A stretch of 64,000 nucleotides of DNA from Dimorphilus gyrociliatus (taxonomy: Eukaryota > Animalia > Annelida), in the NCBI GenBank assembly GCA_904063045.1, contig CAJFCJ010000014.1:1795643-1859642 (forward strand), written 5' to 3'. This document shows, one piece after another, positions 27,272 to 40,800 of the stretch. The position numbers were made by a program, and so were the translations under genes. Each line of letters opens with the position of its first letter. Within the stretch, counting starts at the first letter, position 1. A model generated the notes under the pieces. It had not been told where the DNA came from. It searched no databases and saw only the letters and a list, made by a program, of their open reading frames with translations.

Positions 27272-30200
27272 ATGGCGGCCACAGAAGTGTTCAATTTCAA
27301 AAACTTGCAAACTTCATTCAGTGTAAGATTTAAAAAATTGCGATCTACATATTGCTGCATTTTGAGGATTCATTAATTGCTATTGTTTAAAAGAAAATAT
27401 GCATTAATCTTATACACTTTTGTAAAAATGCACTTATTGTGAGCGATATTAAAATTATTATTGTTTAACAGGCGGCAGTGAAGCTCACGATTAAACAGCA
27501 AGACTTTCAGATCATTAGAAAGGATTATGAAAAATACAAAATTAGGTTGGAGTTTAATCAGTTGTAAATTTTTTCATACTTAAATGCTACTTTTTACACT
27601 AGTGATGCCGATAAAAAGATGGCTATGGATTTTGCCCTTAGAGATTCTATGAAAGAATTGCTAGTAAGCTTTAAGCAGTTAATTTCTTACCAAATATTAA
27701 TAACACTAATTAATTTCAGTTTGAAAAGACAAATAGTGAAACGTTAACTAGTTTATTAAATCTCTGCGTCGAGTGCGTTAGTTTAGGTAAACAGAAGCTT
27801 TTAAGTCTAATTGCTAATAATTAATAATCTAATATTCTAATAGATCTCTGTACAACTCCAACACCTTTTATTGTTCTGTCGGATGTTTTTGATACACTCA
27901 GACTTAAGGATTGTGAAGAAATATTTTTATTTGTTGAATCAAAAGTTGGTACATGGAAAATGGTAAATATTCCTTTTAATATTGTAATTTTTAAACAAAA
28001 TAAATATTAATATAACTATTTTCTTTAGGCTCCATTCTTTTCCGCTGGAAGGAATTATTTATTAAGAATGTGTAATGGTTAGCAATTCATATAAAATGCG
28101 TTTGACTTGTTATAAATAATATCTTAAATATATTTAAAAAGATCTTCTTCGACGTCTTTCAAGATCACAAAATACAGTATTCTGTGGAAGAATACAATTA
28201 TTTTTAGCAAGATTATTTCCATTAGACGAAAGATCAGGTAATAAATTAAATCTAAATTTCTTCAATTATCATATTCTAGGTCATCTTTACTACATTAATC
28301 TTACTAGGTCTCAATTTAACTGGCTTATTTAATCTTGAAAATTTAACAAAATTTACCACAAACTCTGAACAGTATAACAAAAGTAGGGAACAGGTTCGTA
28401 AAATACTTAAATTATTCAAAGACTCTTTGTAAAATAAAGTACTCATTAAAACAGATGGAATTAACTGAAAAAGAAAGGCATGAGAATATGGATGTAGAAG
28501 AAGGAGAAATGGAGAATGATGAACACTTGTAAATTTAAAATTCTTAACTATTTGCATGTACATTCACAACTTAAATTTTATTCAATTTCAGAACGATACC
28601 GGTTGACTATAACTTGTATAATAAATTTTGGTCTTTACAAGACTTTTTTAGAAGACCAAATTCATGTTTAGATAAAATTCAATGGAATAAATTTTTAGAT
28701 GTAAGTTAACCTCCTTTTATTTAGTATTTTTTTTAGTAATTTTTTCATGTTTTATTTCATAGTATGCAAAAACAACTTTAAGTTGTTTTGAAAGTTATAA
28801 ATTAGATGATACAAAAACATCTAAACGTCAAGAAGAAGCTTTTCAAAGTTATTTTGCCAAATATCTTACGAGTGAAAAAGTTTGTATAGTAGCATAATTC
28901 GATAAAAGTTGATAACTTTTTGTTTATTCCATAGCTGTTAGATTTACAATTGTCGGATGGAACCTTTCGACGATATGTTCTTGTACAATTTCTCGTTTTA
29001 TTTCAATATTTAACAGCTGATGTAAAATTCAAAAGGTACTATTTAAAAGTTTATATGTGTCAAATTTCTAACCACCGTCATTACTTTCAATAGTAAAGAT
29101 ACTTTAATGGATTCTCAAATGAATTCAATAAGAGATAACACGAAAAAAGTTTATCAACTACTCAGAGAAACCCCACCTGATGGAGAAGCATTTGCCAGTA
29201 CTATAAAGGTTAGTATAGTGATATAGTTTGAAATCTAAAGTGCCAGAATCAAAATTTTTTTTTAACTAGCATCTAATAGAAAGAGAACATCTATGGAACG
29301 AGTGGAAAAATGGAAATTGTCAATCATTTTCAACTGCGTTTGATGAATCTAATATAAAAATCAGACAACAACGGTTAGATTTAAAACTTGTTTTTTTTTT
29401 GCAAATGTTTTTATCCGTCGTTTACAATACAACAGTATTCGAAAAAGAAGTGTTGGAGAAGATATGAAAGTTAACAAAAGAATGAAGATGGGTAATGCAG
29501 AATTAACTCGATTGTGGAATTTACAACCAGATAATATGGCGGCGTGTGTCTCGTCTGAAAGGTTTACTATTTAGTAGATTTAAAACAAATTATATTTTAA
29601 TTTATATATTTTAATTCGTAATTTTCAATCCAGGAATTTTAATCCAACTTTATTGGAATTCTTTGAGGAAGCCATTGAACAAGCTGATCCTGAAAATCAG
29701 ATTGATAGGGAATATCAGTGAGTTGTCATAAATAGTTTCAAGTCATATGTAATTTTAATTTTATTTCTAAGTCATGTGACTAAGCCAACATTCCAATGGC
29801 GAGCCCTACGGCTCCTTGGACAAAACTCAGGGACACTTTTCCCTTCAAGTAACCCTCAAAAGATTCAACCACTTGACGTCTTTTTAGAAGAGACGGCTAA
29901 AAATGTTGTTAAAAAGACTCAACCGGTCGTTTCAGAAGAAGTCAAGACAGAGGTAATTGAAGAGGTAGAATCTCTAAAGGACGATCATGTTGGTGATCTA
30001 GGCGATGACAAGGGAGGTGAAAACAGTGGTGATATAGAGTTATCTAGAGAGCTTATTTTAGCCATTGCCCACGACCTTGGCAGTGAATGGAAACAGTTGG
30101 CAGTTGAACTGGGTGTCTCTGATGCGGAAATTGCAGAGGAAGGAGAGGAAAAGGAAGCTTTTGAATACGCTGAAGAAATGATCCTTAAGTGGATGGTAAG

Positions 30201-30371
30201 TCTTATTCATAAGTACTGTCTTATCCGTTTTTATAACTTAAATAAGATTTTATAACATTATAGGAAAACGAAGACGATAAAGCTACTGCTAGTGCTTTAG
30301 AAAGCGAGTTACGCGAATTAGGAATGACCGTTATAGCCGATAAACATTTCCCTCCGAAAAATGATACATAA
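27272..30371 (+). CDS. THOC1: THO complex subunit 1 (Hpr1/p84) with C-terminal death domain
   Basis: [10 protein letters not shown]|[32 protein letters not shown]|[38 protein letters not shown]; death-domain-like [17 protein letters not shown]. Confidence 0.96.
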
Positions 30372-30430
30372 ACCAAACTACAGTATATCATTGAAATATT
30401 CTCGTGTTGAAAAATAAACAAGCTTTAATC

Positions 30431-30769
30431 TTAATCGAACAAGCCGAATCCCATATCGTCATCAGATTCATCCGATTCTTCCTTTTTTTTCGCTTCTTCT
30501 TTCTTTTCTGCTCCAACGGCGGCTGCAGAGTCATCTCCAACAGCAGCAGCAGCGGCTGGAGCTCCACCGCACGGCATAGAGGCCAATCTAGAACTTCCTT
30601 CGGTCAATAGTTCTTCAACAGATTTTCCTTGTAAACTTTTAAGGACTATTTTAGCTTGTTTCTCGTCGACGTCGACACCAACGCTGCCAATGATGGTTTT
30701 TAAGTCATCCAAATTTATATCGCTTCTGTTGGCGAGCTTTGCCAATAAATAAGCTGCGACGTATCTCAT
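30431..30769 (-). CDS. RPLP2: 60S acidic ribosomal protein P2
   Basis: [10 protein letters not shown]...[16 protein letters not shown]. Single coding exon; 5'UTR intron ~30772-30991. Confidence 0.98.
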   Translation of the reverse strand: MRYVAAYLLAKLANRSDINLDDLKTIIGSVGVDVDEKQAKIVLKSLQGKSVEELLTEGSSRLASMPCGGAPAAAAAVGDDSAAAVGAEKKEEAKKKEESDESDDDMGFGLFD

Positions 30770-31027
30770 TTCTGTAAAAGAATAAAATTTAAGGTGAATG
30801 AACACGTGTCGGTTTATTCCCGTATTATCGCCCTGGTCAATTTTTTTGAGTGAGGAATTCGTCGTCAAATTCACGAAAATTTTTGTAGAAAAAAGGTTAC
30901 AATTATTTAATGCATATTCTTTAACAAAATGACCTTAAGAGTTTATGTCTGAAGACGATAATAACAAGGAAATTTGCAATAGAAAACTCACTACACGACG
31001 ACTGTGTGGAATACTTCGTTCCTTCAA

Positions 31028-31040
31028 AGCAAGAGAGCGA
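31028..31040 (-). promoter_or_regulatory. TCT-initiator / 5'TOP-like pyrimidine tract of RPLP2
   Basis: Minus strand TCGCTCTCTTGC begins a short non-coding exon ending at a GTGAGT donor (~30991). Typical of ribosomal protein genes. Confidence 0.6.
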
Positions 31041-31414
31041 TGTTAGGTGGCGCAGTTGTAATGCGACTCCATTAAAAAATAGATCGCTCTAAATTTGATT
31101 TCTCTTATGAATTAAAATAGAGATAAATCTATTATGTCAAACTATTTTATTAAAATTTTGGCATAAAAATTTCAATTGCTAAAAAAAACCCTCATATAGA
31201 TTACCATAGGAATAATTATGCTATATTTATTGACACAGCTCAACTTTCTTATCGCTCGATAATCTTTCATTTTTGTGATATCACCATTTAATGTCCAAGA
31301 GAGTTGCATTTACAATAATTAAGAAAGATATGTATATGCCTATGGTAAATGATTTATTAATTAGAAAAATTCTGTATTTGAAAGTTAACAAAAACACAAA
31401 TATACATGAAAATT

Positions 31415-33119
31415 TCAACAATTTACAAGTTTTTCAATATCGCTAGCCAGTTTTGGACAATTTTTTGTTAGTATATCTGGTTCTCCGTCAGTAATTAATA
31501 CATCATCTTCTATCCTAATTGCAGTATTTCTAAAATATTCAGGAACAAAAGCCATATCATTCGTTATATATATACCTGAGAGTGGAGATGAAAATGATAG
31601 AATATTTATACTAATACAATTAATAAATGTTTACCTGGTTCAACTGTTATTATCATACCATGATGCAGTTGTGTACCTCTGGGAATAGTATGTGTGTCGT
31701 GAACGTCCATTCCCAAGAAATGCCCAACGTGGTGAGGGCATATTTGACGCACTAGCTGTTATATTTATTGGTTTTGGGTATTTTATTTTAACTCACATTC
31801 GATATTTATAATAACTAACCCTTTTTATATCCATTCCTTTTACACTTTCTTTGATTACTCCGATTCTTTTCAATTGACTCCCTAAAAGATCTAACATTAA
31901 TAGGTATAAATCTTCGAGGCAAACATTCTTAACGCATGCCTGGAGGACTTTTTGTTGAACTTCTAAAAGTCCCTCGTAGAGGGCTAAATGTTCTGGTTTA
32001 AAACGTCCCCCAACAGGCCAAGTTCGCGTGACATCACTAACGTAACCATGTAATTCTGATCCAGCGTCAACGAGTACCATTTCATCATTAATCTGTCTAT
32101 TATTGTTTAGATAGTGAATTATAGTCCCACGTCCACCTCCAGCAACCACAGGAGGAAAAGCTAAATGCTGGGCGTTTCTTTGCCGGCATTCAAAGTCTAA
32201 TTTTGAATGAATATGAGCTTCGTTAACCTGTTAAATGTTGATAAAATATAGCACTGAATAATATTCGAAATTGTATAACCTACACCAATTTTAGAGAATT
32301 TCATTGTTTCTATAAACATTTCCGAAGCAATTTGGCAAGTCTTTCTCATAAGTTCAATTTCACTCTTTGACTTAGTTAATCTCAGCTTATGAATGTAAAA
32401 ATTGATTGGTTGAGCTACAGATTTATCTACTTCACTCCTAATGATTCCATTTATATAGTCGCTGTCGTGTTTATAATCATACAAGATTAGGTTTTGTTGA
32501 CAATTTTTCTTTAAATAATTGGGTAGCATATCGTTGTTGTAGGTTTCATCAACGCATGTAAAAGTTAAAGCTTTCTCTGAACCCATACGTAAACCATCCC
32601 ATCGTTCTCTCATTGGGTCCTTTTTCGGAACGAATAAGATCGATTTATTCTCTCTTAAATCAAAAACTAAACAACTGTCTGGTTCCTGAAATCCAGTCAA
32701 ATACATAAAATCTGTATCTTGACGAAAAGGATATGGAACTTCATATGACATGTAATGAGTTGATGCTGATGGAATGACAGCGATAACATCTTTCCTGTTA
32801 AGACTATTCTGTATATGTTCTATAAGATTAAGTCGGCGTTGATTATATTCTTTTCGTGTAATTCCTGGTGTTACCTCATCTTCTCGAAGTAATTCAGGAT
32901 GCGTTTGAGACACTGGTTGTCCAAAGTTTCTCCCTTTAGGCGATAATACGGAATATTCCATTTAATAGTTAAAAAAAAGATTTATAAAATGATACTTTAT
33001 TTTTCAATAAACAATAATTTAAAATGATCATTCTTATTTAAAATAATAAACGGACATATTTTATTAAGAGAAGCAAGAGGTTGTTTAAGTGTGCGGGTTA
33101 CTCTACTGAAGGCCGCCAT
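31415..33119 (-). CDS. XPNPEP3: Xaa-Pro aminopeptidase 3 (mitochondrial Icp55-like)
   Basis: GQP...THPELL...[70 protein letters not shown]. The first exon [13 protein letters not shown] is presequence-like and a YY1-type motif (AAGATGGCGGCC) overlaps the ATG. Confidence 0.95.
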
Positions 33120-34019
33120 CTTTGAAAAATATTGCATGCTTTCAAGTACCCGCCAAAAAGCTTAAATTTAAATATAATACTAAGCTTTCTATAGTAACTA
33201 TTTTGTTAACATAATTATAATTAGTGCAATAAATCGATAGTCTATTGAAAGAAAAAAATTAAATGAAACTGCTAAAGAGTTTTTTTAATAGCAGAGAGAA
33301 GATTTCTTATTTTATAGAGTAATCCAAATAAAGTTGAACACTATTGAAAGTGCGAAGGAAGGATTATTTATAGAAAGTAGAGAAGTAGCTTCCAATAACC
33401 AGTATTCTTCAATTAAAATCATTATTGAAATTGTAATCGGCTTTATATCGACATTAGCCGTAAGATTAAAATGTAACTATTTTTTGTATTCTTTTGACCT
33501 ATGCGATCTCTTATGAGGTTATAAGTAGATTGAGTACCTCTTCTTCTCTAGAGCCTATTTAATTGACTAAGTTATAAATAAAACTTAATTGTTTAATAAT
33601 AAGCTCTCGGAGTTGTTACACACTATTGAGCGTATTTATGTACACTGTCCAAATCTCATATCCGATATTCAAGTATTTACAAGTATTTAGAGATCTCATA
33701 GATTTATGAACTTGCTCGAGTATGAACAGATCATAATTAGTTTGTTGTTAATTTGTTCAAGAGCAAACATTCAATACTTGAACTAAACGCAGAGGATTGT
33801 CAACAATCTATAGTAAAGATTACAACATCTATGTATTGAAATTTTTGCTTCTATTAATTAACTTTAATTTATTTACTTCCTTAAGAGTGAGGACAGTTAC
33901 TTTTTTTTGTAAATTTATATATTTATTGAAATACAATCAAAGTATTCTTATTGGTTATTTTCTACAAAAGGTAATTTTCAAGTAAAAGAAACTGGTAGAT
34001 ATATTAATGTTTTGCCAAC

Positions 34020-35322
34020 ATGCCGGACAAAAAGCTCTCATACTTAGAATCTATGCAAAGGCATTTTGAGAATTATTCGAAGACTAAAGAATATCCTGTT
34101 CATTCCGCTAAGGTTCATTCTGTTGACTGGAGCTGTACCGGGAATCGTCTAGCTTCTGGATCTTTTGATAAAACATGTTGTTTATTTACAGTCGATAAAG
34201 ACAGACTGGTTAGTACTTTAACGCTCATAGGCTTTTTGCTTTTTTCTGATAAATACTAACTACTTCTTCAAAATTTGCAGATAAAAGACCAAATACTTCG
34301 TGGTCACGATGCAAGTGTCGATCAATTGTGTTGGCATCCATCAAATCCAGATAATCTAGCTACTGCTTCAGGTGACAAAACAGTAAGAATATGGGATGCG
34401 AGAAGCGGTCAATGTGTTCAAGTTTTTAAAACTAAAGGTTAGTAAATAGAAAAATATTGAAATCTAAACTATAATAACTGTACATTGAATTTTTGTAATC
34501 TAGGCGAAAATATTAACATATGTTGGTCACCAAACGGTCAATACATAGCAGTTGGGAATAAGGAAGATTTATTAACATTTTGTGATTTGAAAGCAAAAAA
34601 AATTCGCAAAGAAGAACAGTTTAGAAGTGAAGTTAACGAAATAAGTTGGTCTCCTAATGGAGATTTCTTTTATGTTACATCTGGTTCGGGTCATTTAAAC
34701 ATATACAGGTAGATAGATATAAGTTCAACAGTACATGACTGTCAATTTCTGTAAACATTTTTTCCAGCTATCCAAATCTTAAGCTAACTCATTCTCAGCC
34801 TGCCCACTGTGGAAGTAGTATCTGTATAACATTTGATAAGTACAATAAACATATGGCTCTTGGAGGTGCAGATGCTTTAGTTTCGGTTTGGGATGTTGCA
34901 GAACTGGCTTGCTTGAACACAATAACACGGTATGACGTTTTAAATGATGAAATTATTAATATTTTAAACAAATATTTTATTATACGATAGGCTAAGCTGG
35001 CCAGTTCGATCTCTAAGCTTTAGCCATGATGGTAAATTGTTAGCTTCTGCTTCAGAAGATCATTTTATTGATATTGCTGAAATACCAAGCGGTAAGTCAT
35101 TCTTTATTAAATATAAATTTAAAATGAAACTTAATTTCTATTATATTAGGAGAAAAAGTGACTCAAATCAAATGTGAAAATTCTACGTTTACTCTAAAAT
35201 GGCATCCAAAAGAGTATTTATTAGCCTACGCATGTGACGACAAAGATAGATACGATAGGGATGCTGGTTCTGTAAAATTATTCGGTCTCTTAAGAGATTC
35301 CTCTGACAAATCTTCCAGCTGA
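34020..35322 (+). CDS. THOC3: THO complex subunit 3 (Tex1), WD40 protein
   Basis: HSAKVHSVDWSCTGNRLASGSFDKT, GHDASVDQLCWHPSNPDNLATASGDKTVRIWD, GENINICWSPNG, LAYACDDKDRYDRDAGSVKLFG. Confidence 0.96.
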
Positions 35323-35594
35323 AGTGAAAGATAAGTCCATGCAAAGCAAACTTTGTATATAAAAGATTCATATAATTGAACTTTGCAAACTATTTAAGCT
35401 ATTAGTTGTTTAACTTTGTTAAATTTGCTGATAAAATATAACATAATTTTTTTTTATATTACTTCTTTTATGTTATAAATTGAGCTGTTTGTAGGCTGAG
35501 TTTTACGTTAAAAGTCGCAAAAAATCAGTACATTTTACCAGTTATTGTAGTAAAAAACTGAACATTTTTCTAAGACTTTACCAGTTTTCACAAA

Positions 35595-37377
35595 ATGTCT
35601 ACACAAGATTCATCCGAAAAAAAGGAAAATTCTGTTGAACACGGGGCGTTTGTGACAACAGATTCTTTTAATGATCTTGCAGATGCGTACTCTTCTCCTA
35701 AACTTCTGAGTGTTTCCAATCGGAATCAAGAAGTGTCTTCAAGTAATTCCTATGATGAAAGGGCTCAATTGTACCCAGAAGACGACGAGGACACATTATA
35801 TGTGGAGAGTGAGGAATTCAAAAGGGAAGATAAACATGTATTTGTATTATCCAAAGCGGGAAAACCTGTTTATAGCTTGCATGGCAATGAAGATAAATTA
35901 GTTACAAAAATGGCTACAATTATAGGTTAGGATTGAATTAGGTGTTAAAAATTATATCAGTTACTGTGTTAGAAACAATTATTGAAGTTAAATAGATCAC
36001 TTTTGTAGAAATAGTTCAATAATTAATCAATTTTGTATTGAACCTTTTCTTAGTTATATATAAATAAATAATCAACTAAATAATTATAGTATACAGTATA
36101 TCTAACAAAAGCAGTAGATATAATCAACATCACCTAATATAATCCTAAAATTATTAAAAGGCTTGATAAGTGTTGCCGAAAGCATTAGAAAAAAAGATAC
36201 ATTAAAGGAAATTGTGGCAGGAAATAGAAAAATTGTCTTTGTCGTAAAAGAATACCTTGTTCTAGTCGCAATATCATCCAGAGGACAGTCAACGTCCTAT
36301 CTAAATCTTTTACTAAATTATGTTCACAATCAAATATTATGTTTATTAACATATACAAAGCTTAAATGGAAATTTGATAATCGATCAAATTTTGACCTTA
36401 GGAATATTCTAGCTGGAGATAACACGGATAAATTTTTTTCAAATCTGATCTCAGACTTTGATATAAACCCTAGTTATATGCTCTGTTCTGTAAGATGTCT
36501 ACCAGTTCCTGACAACATAAGAAATTCATTAGGAAAAGTCATAGCTAATGCAGGAAGTAAAAATATTAATAAAATAGCTTTTGCTTTATTAATTTGTGAT
36601 AATTTATTGGTCTGTTTGGTAAGGAAGAAATCTTTAAAATTGGATCCCAAAGACTATCATTTACTTTGTGCCTATATCAGATCATCCGATAGTTTAAAGG
36701 TGCAGACACAGTATAATTTAAATATATTAGATTTTTTTAAATTGTATTTATTAAGTAAGTTTAAAAGCTATACTTGTCTCTATCTTTAAAAGACAACTGA
36801 AAGTTTAGTACCTATATGTTTTCCACATTTTGATAACGCTGGTTATCTGTTTGCCTTCTTGTCATTTTTGGATGCTAATCTATGCTTGATTCTCATTACT
36901 GCATCCGATGAAGATCAGCTATTAAATATGAGAGAAACAAAAAAGCAAATTTTGGAGAAAGCTCACAAACCTCTTTCAGTAATAAGACAAATTGCAACCG
37001 AAAGACCAAATTATGAAGTTTCAGCAATAGGAATCCCAGAGTTAAGGCATTTCATGTATAAGAATAGGATGTCTGCTCAATGGCATGCTCCCAATTTTAC
37101 TTCGCCCTTTTCAACCCCAGATGAACAATCAAAGCTTATTCAACTATATGAAAGTGTACACGCAGCCATGCACACGCCCGGTTGTCCCTTAATGACTTTT
37201 TGGAAAGCGGCTGATCGACACAATATAATGGCTACTTCCACGAATGAGCATGAAGTTTATGCCATATTCTCTCCTCTCACTTCAAAAGCCGTTGCTCACT
37301 ATTCCATGCAAAAGATTATTAAATGGGTAAAGAAGGAAGAAACTAAATACGTAATTTGGAATTCTCCAACATTTTAA
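35595..37377 (+). CDS. MON1: Vacuolar fusion protein MON1 (Rab7 GEF subunit)
   Basis: KHVFVLSKAGKPVYSLHGNE, RSNFDLRNILAG, SVRCLP, GIPELRHFMYK, IIKWVKKEE; longin-type architecture. Confidence 0.94.
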
Positions 37378-37884
37378 GACTTACTACTACAAGAAAAACT
37401 TTAGAGAATATATTCTGTTGCTTTCTAAGCAACAATAAATTTTGTATTTCAATACTTGATTTTCTGACAAAAAAGTATGTAAGAAAAGAGGCACAATGTC
37501 AAGTTTTCTTTTCTTTAAATAAATAAGAAATACGATAAGACTTAATACAAAATAAGCGACAAAATGCTATAAAAGATAAAACTATTCGCAACAATACAGT
37601 ATTCTTTTTTCCCAACATTTATATGTTTTGTATTTATCAAAGTCGAGATATAAATTGATTAACGACTGTGTTTTATCTTTGAGAGTAATTTGGGAAACTG
37701 TTTGTGTGCTAAGATAATTCTGGCGCCACAGAAATTTCAATTTTACGCTTAATCAAATAAAATTCCAGATAAGTAAATATCAACCAATGATAATTTGTAT
37801 TAGTAAACTTGTTCAGCCAATCACCGATTGTGTACAAGATTTTCTTATATTTCGTGTGGGTTATTATTTTCGTTAATTGACGGC

Positions 37885-40800
37885 ATGGGTGTTCCAGCAT
37901 TTTTCAGATGGTTAAGTAGAAAATATCCTTCTATTGTTGTTCACTGTGTTGAAGAAAAAGTAAGCGTCTATAGCACAATTTGATGTACACACTATGTAAT
38001 TTCTTGATTTTAAAGCCAAGAGTTATTGATGGAGTTGAAGTACCTGTCGATACCACTAAACCGAATCCAAATGATGTTGAATTCGACAACTTGTATTTGG
38101 ACATGAATGGTATTATACATCCCTGTTGCCATCCGGAAGACAAGTCAGTATTAGCTAAAAAAAAAAAAGCAAAAAAAGGTGTAATCTGGTTTAATGTTGT
38201 AAAACGTTCCTAAATTCAAGACCAGCTCCTAAAAATGAAGACGAAATGATGATTGCAATCTTCGAGTATATCGACAGACTGTTTAGAATTCTTAGACCAA
38301 GAAAGCTACTGTATATGGCTATTGATGGAGTTGCTCCAAGAGCCAAAATGAATCAACAAAGATCAAGACGATTTCGTTCAGCTAAGGAGAGTGAAGACAA
38401 ATGTCTTGAAATAAGCCGTTTGAAGGAGGAGTTACGTACAAAAGGCTGCGACGTCCCTCCTGATAAGCCTAAATCAGAACATTTTGATTCTAATTGTATC
38501 ACTCCAGGAACACCGTTTATGTTTAGACTGGCTGAGTGTTTAAGATATTATATTCATAATAGATTGAACAATGATCCAGGGTGGAAAGGCTTAAAAGTTA
38601 TTTTAAGCGACGCAAATGCTCCAGGCGAAGGCGAGCATAAAATCATGGATTTTATACGACGTCAAAGAGCTCAACCAAATCATGATCCAAATACTCACCA
38701 TTGTTTATGCGGTGCTGATGCCGATTTGATTATGTTAGGTCTAGCCACGCACGAACCTTATTTTACCATAATAAGAGAAGGTTGACAATAAATTAGTAAA
38801 ATCTTTTCCTCTTTTTACAGTCATTTTTCTTTGAAACAGAGTTTAAACCAAATAAACCAAGACCCTGTGAAATTTGCAATCAAATTGGTCACACAATGAA
38901 AGAATGCGTTGGAATGAAAAATGATGGAGAAGTAGTAGAAGCAATTCCAGCAGCCGAACAGGAATTTATTTTTATACGCTTGAATGTATTGAGAGAATAT
39001 TTGGAGAAAGAATTATATATACCTAATTTGCCGATGAAACAAGATTTTGAAGTAATCTCTAGTCTATAATTTGTAACTTTATTTATAGTTAAATTTTTGC
39101 AGAGAGCAATTGATGACTGGGTTTTTATGTGCTTTTTCGTTGGAAATGATTTTCTACCGCATTTACCCTCTTTAGAAATAAGAGAGGGCGCAATCGACCG
39201 TTTAGTGAAACTTTATAAGAAATGTGTTTATAAGACTGGTGTATGTAATCATTTTTATCTAATTAAGATTTTTACTATTAAGTTTGATTATTTTACTTTC
39301 ATAAGGGTTACCTCACCGAGGATGGTATTGTCAATTTGGAACGCGTTCAACTAGTTTTGAAGGGTAATTTAACAAAATTATCGTTGATGAATGATGTTAA
39401 ACGAATTATCATATTTTTGCACAGATTTGGGAGAAGTCGAAGATGAAATTTTTAAAACACGAAGAGAGAAAGATGTAAGTCGTTTATCGTTGCCTAAATT
39501 CCACTTTCTATATATCTTTAAACAATTTTGGGATTAAAAAATCACAGCTGGAATACAAACGAAGACAAGCTGACAACCGGAAACGACAACGGCAATGGAA
39601 TAAATCCTCTTATCCATCATTTGTACCCTCAGGCCAATTTGCCCCCGTACCAGTCGGCCAAACTCCAGCCGCTCTCGTCAATCCGAAACAAGCCTGTGCT
39701 GATTTAAGGACACAATCAATGAATTTCTCATCTGGTTCTTCTAATAGAGACGCAGCTGAAAAATTAAAAGCTATGCTGGTAAAATTATGAAGTAAAATTT
39801 TCAATCACAATAGTAAAGATTATTTTAATGAACAGGATAAGAGTGACAATCTAACACCACCTTCAAGTCCCCCCCGGGCCCAGAAGCGTAAATTGAAAGA
39901 CGAGGAGGCTGAAGAGGAGAGTGAAGAGGAGGATAACGATGAGGTGAAATTGTGGGAGGACGGGTGGAAAGATAGATACTATGAAAGCAAATTCGGCGTT
40001 GATTCAAATGATGTTAATTTTCGTTATAAAGTTGTGAGTACGATATAAATTTTTTAACAGTTTAACCTATTAATGGGTTTGTATTCTTTTGAAGAGCAAC
40101 GCTTACGCCCTGGGATTGTGCTGGGTTATGCGTTATTATTATCAGGTTTGCTAATGCTTTTTATACTCATTAAAACAATTTTCAAGATTAATCCATCTGA
40201 AAACTTTATTATAGGGATGCCCATCATGGAAATGGTACTTTCCATACCATTATGCTCCTTTTGCTTCAGATTTTAACTTTAGCACGTTGACTAATGAATT
40301 TGAGAAATCTACAGAGCCCGTAGGTTCTTAAATTTGTTAATATTATAATTATTTAAAAGCCACTTTTTAGTTTAAGCCCCTGGAACAATTAATGGCTGTT
40401 TTCCCGGCAGCAAGTAAACAATTTTTACCACCAACTTGGCAAGAGCTTATGTATATACCGGTATGTTTCTCATTAAAAATAGCCTATATATTTTTTTCAC
40501 TTTAATCATATTTTGTAGGAATCTTCTATAATCGATTTTTATCCGTCCGATTTTAAAATAGACTTGAATGGTAAAAAATACGCATGGCAAGGTGTGTGTA
40601 TACAACGGTTAAATGAAAGTATCGATTAAAGATAATTTTTCTTGATTTACAGGTGTTGCCTTGCTTCCTTTTGTCGATGAACGTAGACTTAAAGATGCGT
40701 TGCAAAGTGTTTACCCTGATTTAACGGATGAGGAGCAGTTTCGAAATACCAGGGGCAATGATCGACTTTTTGTCGGTAAGGACTGCCCTGCATATTCATT

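Noticed and set aside
30772-30991. snoRNA in the RPLP2 5'UTR intron
   Set aside because: No C/D box pair, and only weak hairpins around a possible H box and ACA. Not supportable without an Infernal/snoReport search.
33330-33790. Coding-like stretches on both strands between XPNPEP3 and THOC3
   Set aside because: Frames are under 65 codons, lack consistent start and splice signals, and resemble nothing I recognise; no TIRs or TSDs are visible.
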